From the NCBI RefSeq assembly GCF_006345805.1, contig NC_043001.1, positions 37,944,001 through 38,008,000 on the forward strand: a DNA stretch of 64,000 bases, in the 5' to 3' direction. Under the pieces are notes generated by a model. That model was not told the DNA's origin and ran no database searches. It saw nothing but the letters and a program-made list of their open reading frames with translations. Both the position numbers and the translations under genes were made by a program. Below, in pieces: positions 24,676 to 35,029 of this stretch (position 1 is its first letter; each line of letters begins with the position of its first letter). The DNA comes from Octopus sinensis. Taxonomy: Eukaryota.

Positions 24676-25971
24676 CTATGAAATAAATATAGAATGACTC
24701 AATATTAATTTTGAAATTGGCTTTTACTAATAAATAAATAAAAAAAAGAACTGGGAGAATAGCATTGTTATGACCAACACCATTTGTAGGGGTTTTTGTA
24801 ATCTTTTAGTCAAGAGGAAAGGCAGTACCCTTGACTTGTTACAGGGTTTCCAAGATCAGTCAAATAGAGGGAAGAAGGTATCCTCAAATCAGAAATCCAG
24901 TCCGAATGTTTCCCAAGACGCTAGGTGGTGGTGTTAAGTAGACCATGGTGGGATTTGAGCAGGAACAAATACTGCAAAGAACAGGAACAAATATTGTAAG
25001 GCATCCAGTTTGCTCTTACAGTTCTGCCAATCCACCATCATGGATAGGTACTTCTTTACTGAACCCTACCCTACACCATTTTATATATGAAATGTACAGG
25101 TTATAATGTTTTCTACTGACTAAATACTATAGCAATTCTTATAAAGGGTAGAGTGAAGTCAAGTGAATTTATTTGGTTTGTTAAAGGTGCATAATCTTAT
25201 AAAATACAGTTAAACCAAGCAGAAGTTGAAACCAGAAATTAGGCAGGAAAAACTAAATACTGCATTTAACTGCAAGTCATCTATGATTGAGCAAACCTAT
25301 GATCAATAACTATATTCTCATTTTTTTTTAAGACAATTAAGATTGATTTCATAGAGACTTGTTTGCTATTTCCAATCAGCTTAAGTGACTGCACACAATC
25401 TTCCTTGTGGGATTGCTATATACTGTGTCATTTAGTCAGGTGCTTTTTTATCATGTGTATCCCAGTTTTAGAATAGATACATTTGCATCCCTACATGCCA
25501 TAGGAGGTAACTAAAAGGAACTGCAACAGGAAAGGCAACTGGCAGCATAACACTAACTCTGAAAAACTGCCCAACTCCTACCAGAATGGAAAAGTAGATA
25601 TAAAATGCTGGTGATGACACTTCAATCTGGTGCATTTCCATTTCTACCTAAAACATGTTACTCTTCTATATGCAAACATCCTCATCCTTTAATATTTGGC
25701 TTCCATGAGTTAGACAATTTGACAGGATCTGACAAGTTGGAAGACTAGCTTGTGCATCAATGACTACTTTGGCATGACTTCTTCAGTTAGATGTACTTCC
25801 TAATGCCAACCACTTCACAGAGTACACTGTGTTTTTTCATGGCACAAACATTAATGATTATCACCACATAACTTGCAACGTTAAGGACCTACAGTAGTTC
25901 CAATAACTGAAGGAGAACAGAGGTTACATTAGAAGTAATAAAAATAAGTACAACTTATTTTTATATGTAAG

Positions 25972-26530
25972 AAATATGGAGGGGTACCCAAAAGAAACTG
26001 GAATTTTGCAGTATTATTTTATTCACTTAGTTTACACTTTTATTACCTTCAAAATATTCTCCATTACACTCTCAAAGTGGTTACATTTTCAGAATAGTTG
26101 GCATTAGGAAGGGCTTCCTGGCATAGAAACCATGCTAATTCAGACTGGAGTCAGATGCAACTCCTCAGCTTACCAACCCTGGTCAAACCATTTAACCCAT
26201 CAGTCCAGGTGCATTTTCCACTGTTTGAAGTAGTGCTGGAACTCTTGCGAAGTGATGCCTTTTAATGCTTCTGTTGGTTTTTTATTCACCTCTTTTACAT
26301 CTGCAAATTCTATAGCACCAGCTTTAATCACCAGTGATGACCTTTGAGAAAAGGTCCAGAACAATTTCCATGTTCTTTCAGTCTATGACATGCACTTAAT
26401 TGTGATTGCTTTTGATCTTCCGTGAGCAAGTGAGGCACAAATTCGCTGCAATGCTTTTCATTCACAATTCCTCACTCAAAATTTGTTGGCAGCAGCTCCA
26501 AGACGCAGCAGTCAGACACAGCACACAATT
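25972..26530 (-). mobile_element. Internally deleted mariner relic with an RTE-tail insert (~26070-26200)
   Basis: FSKVITGD.SWCY fused to FADVKEVNKK..EALKGITSQEFQHYFKQW; TIR-like ggggtacccaaaagaaactggaat at the left end. Confidence 0.65.
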
Positions 26531-26553
26531 TACAGATGCTTACATTTTTTTAT

Positions 26554-26790
26554 GGAGGATGTTTTTAAGCCATTTAAAAAACACACAAAAACCAGAATTT
26601 TGTCAGTGATCAGGTCGCGGTCTCAAAGCAACGAAAATATTTTGGCAAAATAAATTTAAATGTTAAAGTGTATCTAATGGTTTTCATGTGTTTTTTAAAT
26701 GGCTTATAAACACCTTCCATGCTGCAATTGTTTTTGTTTCAGCACACGATCTCAGATCAGGTCACTTGCTATGCAAGTACAGCTCTGTAA
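26554..26790 (+). mobile_element. Fold-back insertion with hammerhead motif (family 1)
   Basis: Arms at ~26552-26594 and 26678-26720; same 3' tail as the 16690 copy; TSD tacattttt(t)tat at 26541-26553 and 26791-26802. Confidence 0.75.
26597..26651 (+). ncRNA. Minimal type I hammerhead-ribozyme-like motif, G3-C8 core variant
   Basis: Stem I ATTTTGTCA/TGGCAAAAT (9 bp); core GTGATCA; one extra G; stem II GTCGC/GCAAC (4 of 5 bp); GAAA; palindromic AATATT stem III; UU cleavage site. Confidence 0.65.
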
Positions 26791-27399
26791 TACATTTTTT
26801 ATATTTTCCGCAAATTTTTCATGGGTTCAGCTAGTTATTATTATTACTGAATAAGGTGGTGAGCTGGCATAATCATAAGCATGCTGGACAAAATGCTTAG
26901 CAGCATTTCGTCTGTCTTTGCATTTTGAGTTCGAATTCCAATGAGGTCGTCATCCTTTCAGGGTTGACAAAATAAATTGAGCACTGGGGGTAATGTAATC
27001 GACTTGCCCCCTCCCTCCTGAAATTGCTGGCCTTGTCCCAAAATTTGAAAAAAAAAATATATAATAATAATAGTTGTTGTTGTTGAAGGCAGTGATCTGA
27101 CAGAAAATTTAGCATGCCAGGTAAAATGCTTAGTGGCATTTTGTCTGTCCTTATGTTCTGAGTTTGAATTCCACTGGGGTTGACTTTGCCTTTCATCCTT
27201 TTGGGATCAATAAATTGAGTACCAGTTGAACAGTGGAGTTGATGTAATTGACTTATCCCCTTCTTCCAAAACTGCTGGCCTTGTGTCAAAATTTGAAACT
27301 ATAATAATAACAATAATAATAATACTTTCTAATTTTGAGGGGAGAAGTACAGGCACTGTACATAGAATAAAATATACAAAAAGATAGAGAACTTAACAT

Positions 27400-27525
27400 T
27401 AAAGGGCCATAAAGAGGAAAGAGTGCATTATGTATGTCAGGAGACATGTTGGCAAGTTTCAGGAAGGATGCAGTGTCCTGACAACTAACAACTGACACAA
27501 GTAGTTTATTTTGTCTTTGATCAAA
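27400..27525 (-). mobile_element. Old CR1 3' end fragment
   Basis: Reverse complement resembles the aaataaactgcc...cagttgtt...gacactgcatcctt end of the CR1 copies. Confidence 0.55.
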
Positions 27526-27775
27526 GATCTGCATGATCAAGCTGACCTGGTGCTAAACAGTAACAACTACTCATTGAATGTTATTTAGATAGCTTCTTTG
27601 TAGAATTTTATACCTACAAAGTTGTCAGCTATGCATTTTACATAATCAAACGCAGATAAACAGTGTGTGCAGCATGGACCTGACACCAACAAAAAACTTC
27701 TACTTGTTTATGGAAAGGAAAAATAAATCACAAGCATTTCCTCAAGACTTGTATGATAAAAAGATATATATTTAC

Positions 27776-27898
27776 CTTGACTGAATCTTTCCCGACACGA
27801 ATACTTTTGCTACCATAGCCTGATGTTGCAGTATCTTTCTTACGTTCATGGTAAGTATATACAGTACCAGCTGTACAATTTTTAGCATGCCTTGTCAT
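27776..27898 (-). CDS. NOSIP: NOSIP coding exon 1 (MTRHAKNCTAGTVYTYHERKKDTATSGYGSKSIRVGKDSVK)
   Basis: Manual translation matches the NOSIP N-terminus (MTRHGKNCTAGAVYTYHEKKKD...). ATG at 27898-27896, donor GTAAAT, phase 0. Probable acceptor at 27939-27940, so the exon starts at ~27938 with ~40 nt of UTR. Confidence 0.96.
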
Positions 27899-28429
27899 TA
27901 TGAGAGTAGTGGAAAAATTCTGACCAGGCCAACAATAACTGTTAAGAGAATTAATGCAAAAATATTTTTTGAGTTATTGTTCAAAAATAGCAAACATACA
28001 AAAGAAAACATAATATGTGCTAACAAGGGAATTTCAGTGCAGTCACTTGATCTGTTAAAAATAACAACCGATTTCCCTCAAATCAAAACCTAGCATCTCA
28101 AGAAGGAGGATCATGTTTAATAATGTAGTCCTACATATATATAAAAAGGGTTCATCATGGCTGAAACATTTTTAATTATTACTTAGGAAAGAAGAAAGAT
28201 GTTGCAAGTAAATGTTGGTATGTCTGGAAAAAAGGATTCATAAAGTATAAGATTTATAAGAAAAATACTGTATTTCAACAGGAAAATCACAAGATCAAAC
28301 GATTATGAACTTTTATGAAGCCATAGCCTCATAATATAATTTCATTTCTCCAATTGATGCCATTGTGGTACACTCTGAAAATACTTTCAGATTTATTTTT
28401 AATTTCAATCCCAGAATGTAATCATCATC

Positions 28430-30026
28430 ATCATCATCATCCTCATTTAACGTCCGCTTTCCATGCTAGCATGGGTTGGACGGTTCAACTGGAGTCTGGG
28501 GAGCCCGAAGGCTGCACCAGGCCAGTCAGATCTGGCAGTGTTTCTACAGCTGGATGCCCTTCCTAACACCAACCACTCCGAGAGTGTAGTGGGTGATTTT
28601 ATGTACCACCGACACAGGTGCCAGACGAGGCTGGCGAACGGCCACGCTCGGATGGTGTTTTTTATGTGCCACCGACACAGGTGCCAGACGAGGCTGGCAG
28701 ACGGCCACGCTCGGATGGTGTTTTTATGTGCCACCGACACAAGTGCCAGATGAGGCTGGCGAACGGCTACGATCGGATGGTGTTTGTTACGTGCCCACAG
28801 CACGGAGGCCAGTCGATGCGGTACTGGCTACGGCCACGTTCGGATGGTTTTCTTGTGTGCCACCGGCACTGGTACCACAAAGATACAAATTCCATTGATG
28901 TTCATCTATTTTGATTTGGTTGATTTTCACTTGCCTCAACAGGTCTTCACAACTGTCACACAGCCTCAACAGGTCTTCACAAGTGTCACATACTTGCCTC
29001 AACAGTCTTCACAAGTGTCATAAGAAGGAAGGTATGCACAGGTGGACTGACTACGTCCCAGGTAGGGGCCACGGGTTATGGCCTGACTAGTCTTGCCGGG
29101 TCTTTGGATGGTGTTTTTATGTGCCACCAACACAGGTGCCAGATGAGGCTGGCGAACGGCCACGATCGGATGGTGTTTGTTACGTGCCCACAGCACAGAG
29201 GCCAGTCGATGTGGTACTGGCTACCGCCACGTTCGGATGGTTTTCTTGTGTGCCACCGGCATTGGTACCACAAGATACAAATCCATTGATGTTCATCTAT
29301 TTTGATTTGTTTTGATTGATTTGATTATGATTATTATTATTATTATCATCATCACTTGCCTCAACAGGCCTTCACAAGTGTCATTTGATTGATTAGCACT
29401 TGCCTCAACAGGTCTTCACAAGTGTCATAAGAAGGAAGGTATGCACAGGTGGACTGACTACGTCCCAGGAAAGGGCCACAGGCTATGGCCTGACTAGTCT
29501 TGCCGGGTCTTCGGACAGGTGCCAGATGAGGCTGGCGAACGGCCACGATCGGATGGCGTTTGTTATGTGCCCACAGCACGGAGGCCAGTCGATGTGGTAC
29601 TGGCTACCGCCACGTTCGGATGGTTTTCTTGTGTGCCACCGGCATTGGTACCACAAAGATACAAATTCCATTGATGTTCATCTATTTTGATTTGTTTTGA
29701 TTTGATTTGATTATGATTATTATTATTATTATTATCATCATCACTTGCCTCAACAGGCCTTCACAAGTGTCATTTGATTTGATTAGCACTTGCCTCAACA
29801 GGTCTTCACAAGTGTCATAAGAAGGAAGGTATGCACAGGTGGACTGACTACGTCCCAGGAAAGGGCCACAGGCTATGGCCTGACTAGTCTTGCCGGGTCT
29901 TCGGACAGGTGCCAGATGAGGCTGGCGAACGGCCACGATCGGATGGCGTTTGTTATGTGCCCACAGCACGGAGGCCAGTCGATGCGGTACTGGCTACAGC
30001 CACGTTCGGATGGTTTTCTTGTGTGA
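28430..30026. repeat. RTE 3' UTR (-) expanding into ~60-bp and ~390-bp tandem repeats
   Basis: Three ~62-bp units at 28603-28790; marker cagatgaggctggcgaacgg recurs at ~28747, 29139, 29523 and 29912. Confidence 0.85.
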
Positions 30027-30839
30027 CAAAAATATAATTTTCATACTAATATGTTTAGTAACAAACAAGTAAATCAGAAGTTTTGTAAAGCATTTTAGAA
30101 TTTTCGTTTAATTGCAAACACTACACAAGCTTTTAAATTCAATACTAATAATAGTTTCTTTAAGCTAGGTAATTGGCCAGCTTTTGAGAGGATTGATAGT
30201 GATTAATTGAATCAATTCCAGTATATATTTAGCACCTGACCTATTGACATGAGAGATGAGAGAAAGAGAGCTTCTATTTAGTAGCTTAGTTAGTAAATTA
30301 GCAGTCAAATTACTATCATACTACATCCTACCATTTTTAAAAAGGAAGGACACATTGGATAATATAATTCTAAAAAATAAAAACCAAAGGTAGGATGATC
30401 ATAGACAGGATTTCTTTGATTATGGGTTTGTTCAATCAAGGCTGAACTGAGATTAAAAATAAGATAGGGTTAACACCAATAGAATTTGCACAGAAAACAC
30501 AAGATCAATACTAAATACTATAACATATTTAAAGTATCAACTCTGGTTTATTTTGTTTCAACTACATTATTCCTTATTAGTTCACACATGGATAAAACAA
30601 AAATGGAAAGAACTATCAAACTTGACCTCGGTGGAGTTTGAACTCAGAACGTAAAGACAAACAAAATACTGATAAGCATTTCGTCCGGTGTGCTAATGTT
30701 TCTGCCAGCTTGCCAACTTATTCAAAAGGAAATGCCACTAAGCATTTTGTCTGGCATGCTTATCTTTTACTTGTTTCAGTCATTAGACATCAGTGATGCT
30801 GTTGCACCACCTTGAAGAATTTTAAATCAAATGAATCAG

Positions 30840-31100
30840 ACCCAGGAAGACATGGGATGAAATGGTGAAGCATGATCTTCAAATGTTAGATCTCACAAAG
30901 GCAATGACACTTGCACCAGTGACATGTGAGAGGCACTCACTATATTCTTGGAGTAGTTGGCATTAAGAACATCCAGCCATAGAAACCACACCAAATCAGA
31001 CTTGAACCTGGTACAGCACTCCAGCTTGTTAGTTTCAGTCAAACAGTCTAACCCATGACAGCATGGAAAGCAGATGCTAAATAATGAAGATGATGATGAT
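30840..31100 (+). mobile_element. RTE 3' end fragment
   Basis: RPRKTWDEMVKHDL followed by a shortened UTR and (GAT)n. Confidence 0.75.
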
Positions 31101-31259
31101 GATAATGAATTGACCCCATTACTTATTTTGTTAAGCGTGGTACTTATTTTATTGATTTATTTTGCCAAACCACTAAGTTACAGGGATGTAGACACACCAA
31201 CACTGGTTGTCAATGGCGGGCAAACACAGACACACAAATATATGTATATACATAAACAT

Positions 31260-31862
31260 AAACTACCTGGGACAGGAAGTAAATATGTGCCGGGATATCA
31301 AAAAGGAGATCTCACAGAGAGTAAGGGCCGGATGGAAGGCGTTCAATGGCATAAGGGATGTGCTCAAGGGAAGGTTGGACAGGACCACCCGCGCCAACCT
31401 CATTAACAGTGCAGTTCTGCCTGCAATGGTAGTGAAACATGGGCTACCACAAAGAGAGAAGAGCAAAGACTGATAATGGCTCAAAGAGCCATGGAAAGGT
31501 CAATGCTTGGTATCTCGTTGAGAGAGCACATAAATAGCAACATCATCAGGAAGAAGTCCGGCATGAGAGATGTCATCGCAGAGTATACTCACAGCAAGTA
31601 TAGATGGGCTGGACACGTCGCCCGGTTCACCGATAATCGGTGGACGCACGCAGTTGTCGAGTGGTACCCGCGTGAGCGGAAAAGACCACTCGAAGACCTC
31701 CACGACGGTGGAGTGATGATTTCAAGAGGACGATTGGGATCACGTGGATGAGAAAGGTGCGATCCAGAGAGGAGTGGACAGCGTGCTGTGACTAGCGGTG
31801 TCAAATGGACGCCTGACGGACTGGTCGGTCAAAGTGATGTCACTTCAAAGTGAAGTGACATA
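31260..31862 (+). mobile_element. RTE-1-type LINE 3' fragment (distinct, CpG-rich subfamily)
   Basis: EISQRVRAGWKAF...VLPAM, AQRAMERSMLGISLREHI, YRWAGHVARFTDNRWT..VVEWYPRERKRP; two frameshifts; aagtg-type tail. Confidence 0.88.
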
Positions 31863-32039
31863 AACATATGACAGGCTTCTTTCAGTTTCTGTCTACCAAC
31901 TCCACTCACAAGGCTTTGGTCAGCCTGAGACTACAACAGAAGACACTTGCCCGAGAGGTCACAAAGTGGAACTGAACCCGGGACCATGTGGTTGGGAAGC
32001 AAGCTTCTTACCACATAGTTATACCTGCATCTATATATT

Positions 32040-32500
32040 TGTACATATATTTATCAAGCTATAATACTTTCATTTGACAAACGTGCTTTCACCAATATCC
32101 ACAATTCTGTTCCCCACCACTCAACAGCTGTATGTTTTGGGTAACATAGCATTACCCACACATGTCAGGGCCAAAATTGTGCCGATCCACCAAGGCTTCC
32201 TTTGCAATGCCACATTCATGTACAGTTTTCCGTGGAACCAAAAATATAGCAAATCAATTACTTGGTGACACCTTAGATTGCTACTTTCGAGAAAGGTACC
32301 TTTACAAATGGAAATTCTTTTTCTACATGGCCTTCCACATGACCATATAATGCCATCTGTCAATTTGTTGTCTATCATTTCTCCCATTGGCCGATCACAT
32401 ACAGGACAGTTAAGATGATGATTGAGGAGGCCATGTACTTTCAGTCAATTAAAGCATTCCGCTGCCGTGGTCGTAAAGATGGAAAGCTGCCCTATGAGTA
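32040..32500 (-). mobile_element. Merlin (IS1016/IS1595-related) transposase fragment
   Basis: CPVCDRPM...DGIIWSC..CRKRISICKGTFLESS.L Zn-ribbon region followed by IVDIGESTFVK*KYY, corresponding to the Merlin VEIDESKFGKRKY first-Asp motif. Confidence 0.75.
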
Positions 32501-32611
32501 ATGTTGTTCACATTAGGATATAAATTATTCATTATAAAAAGGTATATTTATATATATATTTTCTATACATTTGTGCCTCGTCAGTATATATACTATATTT
32601 CAAATATACAA

Positions 32612-32840
32612 AGGCGGCGAGCTGGCAGAAACGTTAGCACGTCGAGCGAAATGCGTAGCTGTATTTCGTCTGTCGATACGTTCCGAGTTCATATTCCGCC
32701 GTGGTCGACTTTGCCTTTCATTCTTTCGGGGTCGATAAATAAAGTACCAGTTACGCACTGGGGTCGATGTAGTAGACTTAATCTCTTTGTCTGTCTTTGT
32801 TTGTCCCCTCTGTGTTTAGCTCCTTGTGGGCAATACTGAA
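32612..32840 (+). mobile_element. SINE family B (CpG-rich, young)
   Basis: Full head-to-tail family consensus. Confidence 0.85.
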
Positions 32841-32883
32841 ATATATATTTCAAATATAATAGAAATAAGATGATCTTATCACA

Positions 32884-33222
32884 TTTTTCTGAAAGCCATC
32901 TCCCCACCTCCTCGGAAAAAATTTTCCCCACAAATTTCTTTATAATTGTAATCTATGCCGTTTGAAAAGTATCTATATAAAATTTCTTTTAAAGATATCC
33001 ATTTTCTTACAAGTTATGAGGGGAAAAATCGGATCGTGTGAATTTTCCGAAAGTCCTCTCCCCACCTCTTCGGAAAAATTTTCCCCACTAATTTCATTAA
33101 AATTGTAATCTATGCCGTTTGAAAGGTATTTTCATAAAATTTCACCAAAAGATATCTCTTTTCCTAAAAGTAATTGAGGGAAAAAATCGGATGTTGTGAA
33201 TTTTCCGAAAGTCCTCTCCCTA
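32884..33222. repeat. ~159-bp tandem repeat, about 2.1 copies
   Basis: ttttc(c/t)gaaag..ctctcccc recurs at ~32884, 33043 and 33201. Confidence 0.8.
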
Positions 33223-33452
33223 CCTACCGGCGCAAATTTTTGTTTTCATATTATTTTAATACACATTTCTTTACACCTATTACTCTTGTTTTTCTTTGTT
33301 TTGGTGGCCGGGAGTTAAAGAAAACAACCCTAACTTCTTAACCAAGGACGTATTAAATGAAGTAATTTTAAACACACTAAAAAACAGACGAGATGGCCAC
33401 AACTGGGATATCCTCGATCAGGGTTGATTTGGGCGAAATAACATGTCACACT

Positions 33453-33753
33453 TCGTTTTTGGATTTGGTTTGCAAGATTCTTTATATGAGTTCGTGTGTT
33501 GAAGTATATTCTGTTGTGTCTGGGGAGAGTCATTTTCTTTTTGTGCCTTATAATATCACCGGTAAAATTTCCACTTATTTCTTATTTTTATTTTCCTAAA
33601 ATTTTCGTTGCATCTTGCAAACTTTTTAAGAGTCAAGGTTTGCAAGACGCAACGAAAATCTTAGGAAAATAAAAATAATAAGTGGAAATTTTACCGGTGT
33701 GTGTATTACATTATAAGGCACAAAAAGAAAATGACTCTCCCCAGACACAACAG
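33453..33753 (-). mobile_element. Fold-back insertion (family 2)
   Basis: ~115-bp inverted arms plus a longer left arm; 13-bp direct repeat aacat(g/a)tcacact at 33440-33452 and 33754-33766; same left end as the 37639 copy. Confidence 0.75.
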
Positions 33754-34109
33754 AACATATCACACTATTAATCATTTTCTTTACTGAATTTTTGTTTATT
33801 CGTGATACAAGATCACATATTTGTAGAGAAGTTGCAGTCGATTAATATATAGACAAATTCTAGTCATCCATTTATTGGTCTATAAAACTGTAACAAGAAT
33901 TTATTTTTTCGAAAGCAAGTAGAAAAACACCCGACTTATTCAGTGTTTAGTATTTAAACACAGAGACTAACTAATAAATACTGTCTAGCCATGTGTCAGA
34001 AATGAAGGAATGTGTAAGCAATTATTCTTCCTGCAAGAAATAGCAACGAAATCTTGCACAAATAAAACTCATCGGTCTTAAAACGAAGTAGACGCATGAT
34101 ATGATATAC

Positions 34110-34288
34110 CAGTGGTTTTCAACCAGGGTTCCGCAAGAAGTTACAAAACTGCTAAAATCGGCAGTAATTTTTAATTCTCCTGTGCAGATATGTGTGCATA
34201 AGACTATTAAATTATTGCACAGGGGTTCCTCGAACCAGTGGAATGTTTCCTTGGGGTTCCGCTCCAGCAAAAAGTTTGAAAAGCACTG
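34110..34288. mobile_element. hAT-type MITE
   Basis: TIR CAGTGGTTTTCAA / TTGAAAAGCACTG; perfect 8-bp TSD tgatatac at 34102-34109 and 34289-34296. Confidence 0.9.
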
Positions 34289-34557
34289 TGATATACTAAT
34301 GAATATGATATGTCTGAATTACAGGCAGGATGGAACACTTGGAAACAGGTCTGCTCAATCAGGCTTCACCTAACCAATATGAAAACATTTTGCTCGGGAT
34401 ACTCTGCAACCATGAAGCACAATTTATCGCTTCTACTTCCCTCCAATAACATCCGACTATAATTTCGATTATGTAAGTGAAGCCTATATACAATCAACCA
34501 AAAGCGTAAGATTTATGATTTTTAAATAATTTCAGGAAGATATATTGACAAACTTAC

Positions 34558-34620
34558 CAATAGCAATTAAATTTTGTAAACAAAAATAAACAGCTTCTGG
34601 TTATGCTTCAAACCGGAAGT
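34558..34620 (-). other. NOSIP: Probable non-coding first exon (5' UTR) of NOSIP
   Basis: Consensus minus-strand donor GTAAGT (acttac at 34552-34557) next to promoter motifs, with a matching acceptor upstream of the ATG exon. The TSS is not determinable from sequence. Confidence 0.6.
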
Positions 34621-34665
34621 TAATTTCGTCAGCTGACTAAACTAACAAATGGATTGACCAATGAA
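34590..34665. promoter_or_regulatory. Housekeeping-type promoter motifs of NOSIP
   Basis: ETS site CCGGAAGT at 34613-34620, palindrome GTCAGCTGAC (E-box) at 34628-34637, CCAAT at 34658-34662. Confidence 0.55.
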
Positions 34666-35029
34666 AAAAAGAGCCTTATTTTGGCATAGAGCGTTAAATT
34701 GCAATGATAATCCTTTCTACTAAAGACATGAGGCCTGGTCTAAGGGAGATAACCCGTCCCCGCTAACCAGGGTTGTTTATTCTTTATTTATTTATTAACT
34801 GACTGTAATGGACTCCTTCCTCTCAGAGTTGAACATTTATGTCTTTGGCTTTAGAGTCTGACGATCCACTCATGGAACTAAGCCCTTTATTGATGCAAAA
34901 CCATTGGTCACTCTATGAGCAAACATATACTTAACGGCATATAAATACATTACTGCTCTATGGTTTAGAGTGTGCTTCTTTTTTGGATATATGATACACT
35001 GACGATATATGTATATATATATAAATATA

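Noticed and set aside
28740-29930. CAGATGAGGCTGGCGAAC and CTGACTA motifs in the tandem array as hammerheads
   Set aside because: Core nucleotides are wrong (A4, no GAAA, no 3-8 pair) and there is no stem I or III.
28600-30026. CRISPR-like array
   Set aside because: Eukaryotic context; whole units are repeated with no unique spacers and no cas genes.
34380-34512. Plus-strand ATG and GTAAGT/GTAAGA donors suggesting an overlapping antisense gene
   Set aside because: The ATG frame stops after 16 codons, and donor hexamers are common by chance.
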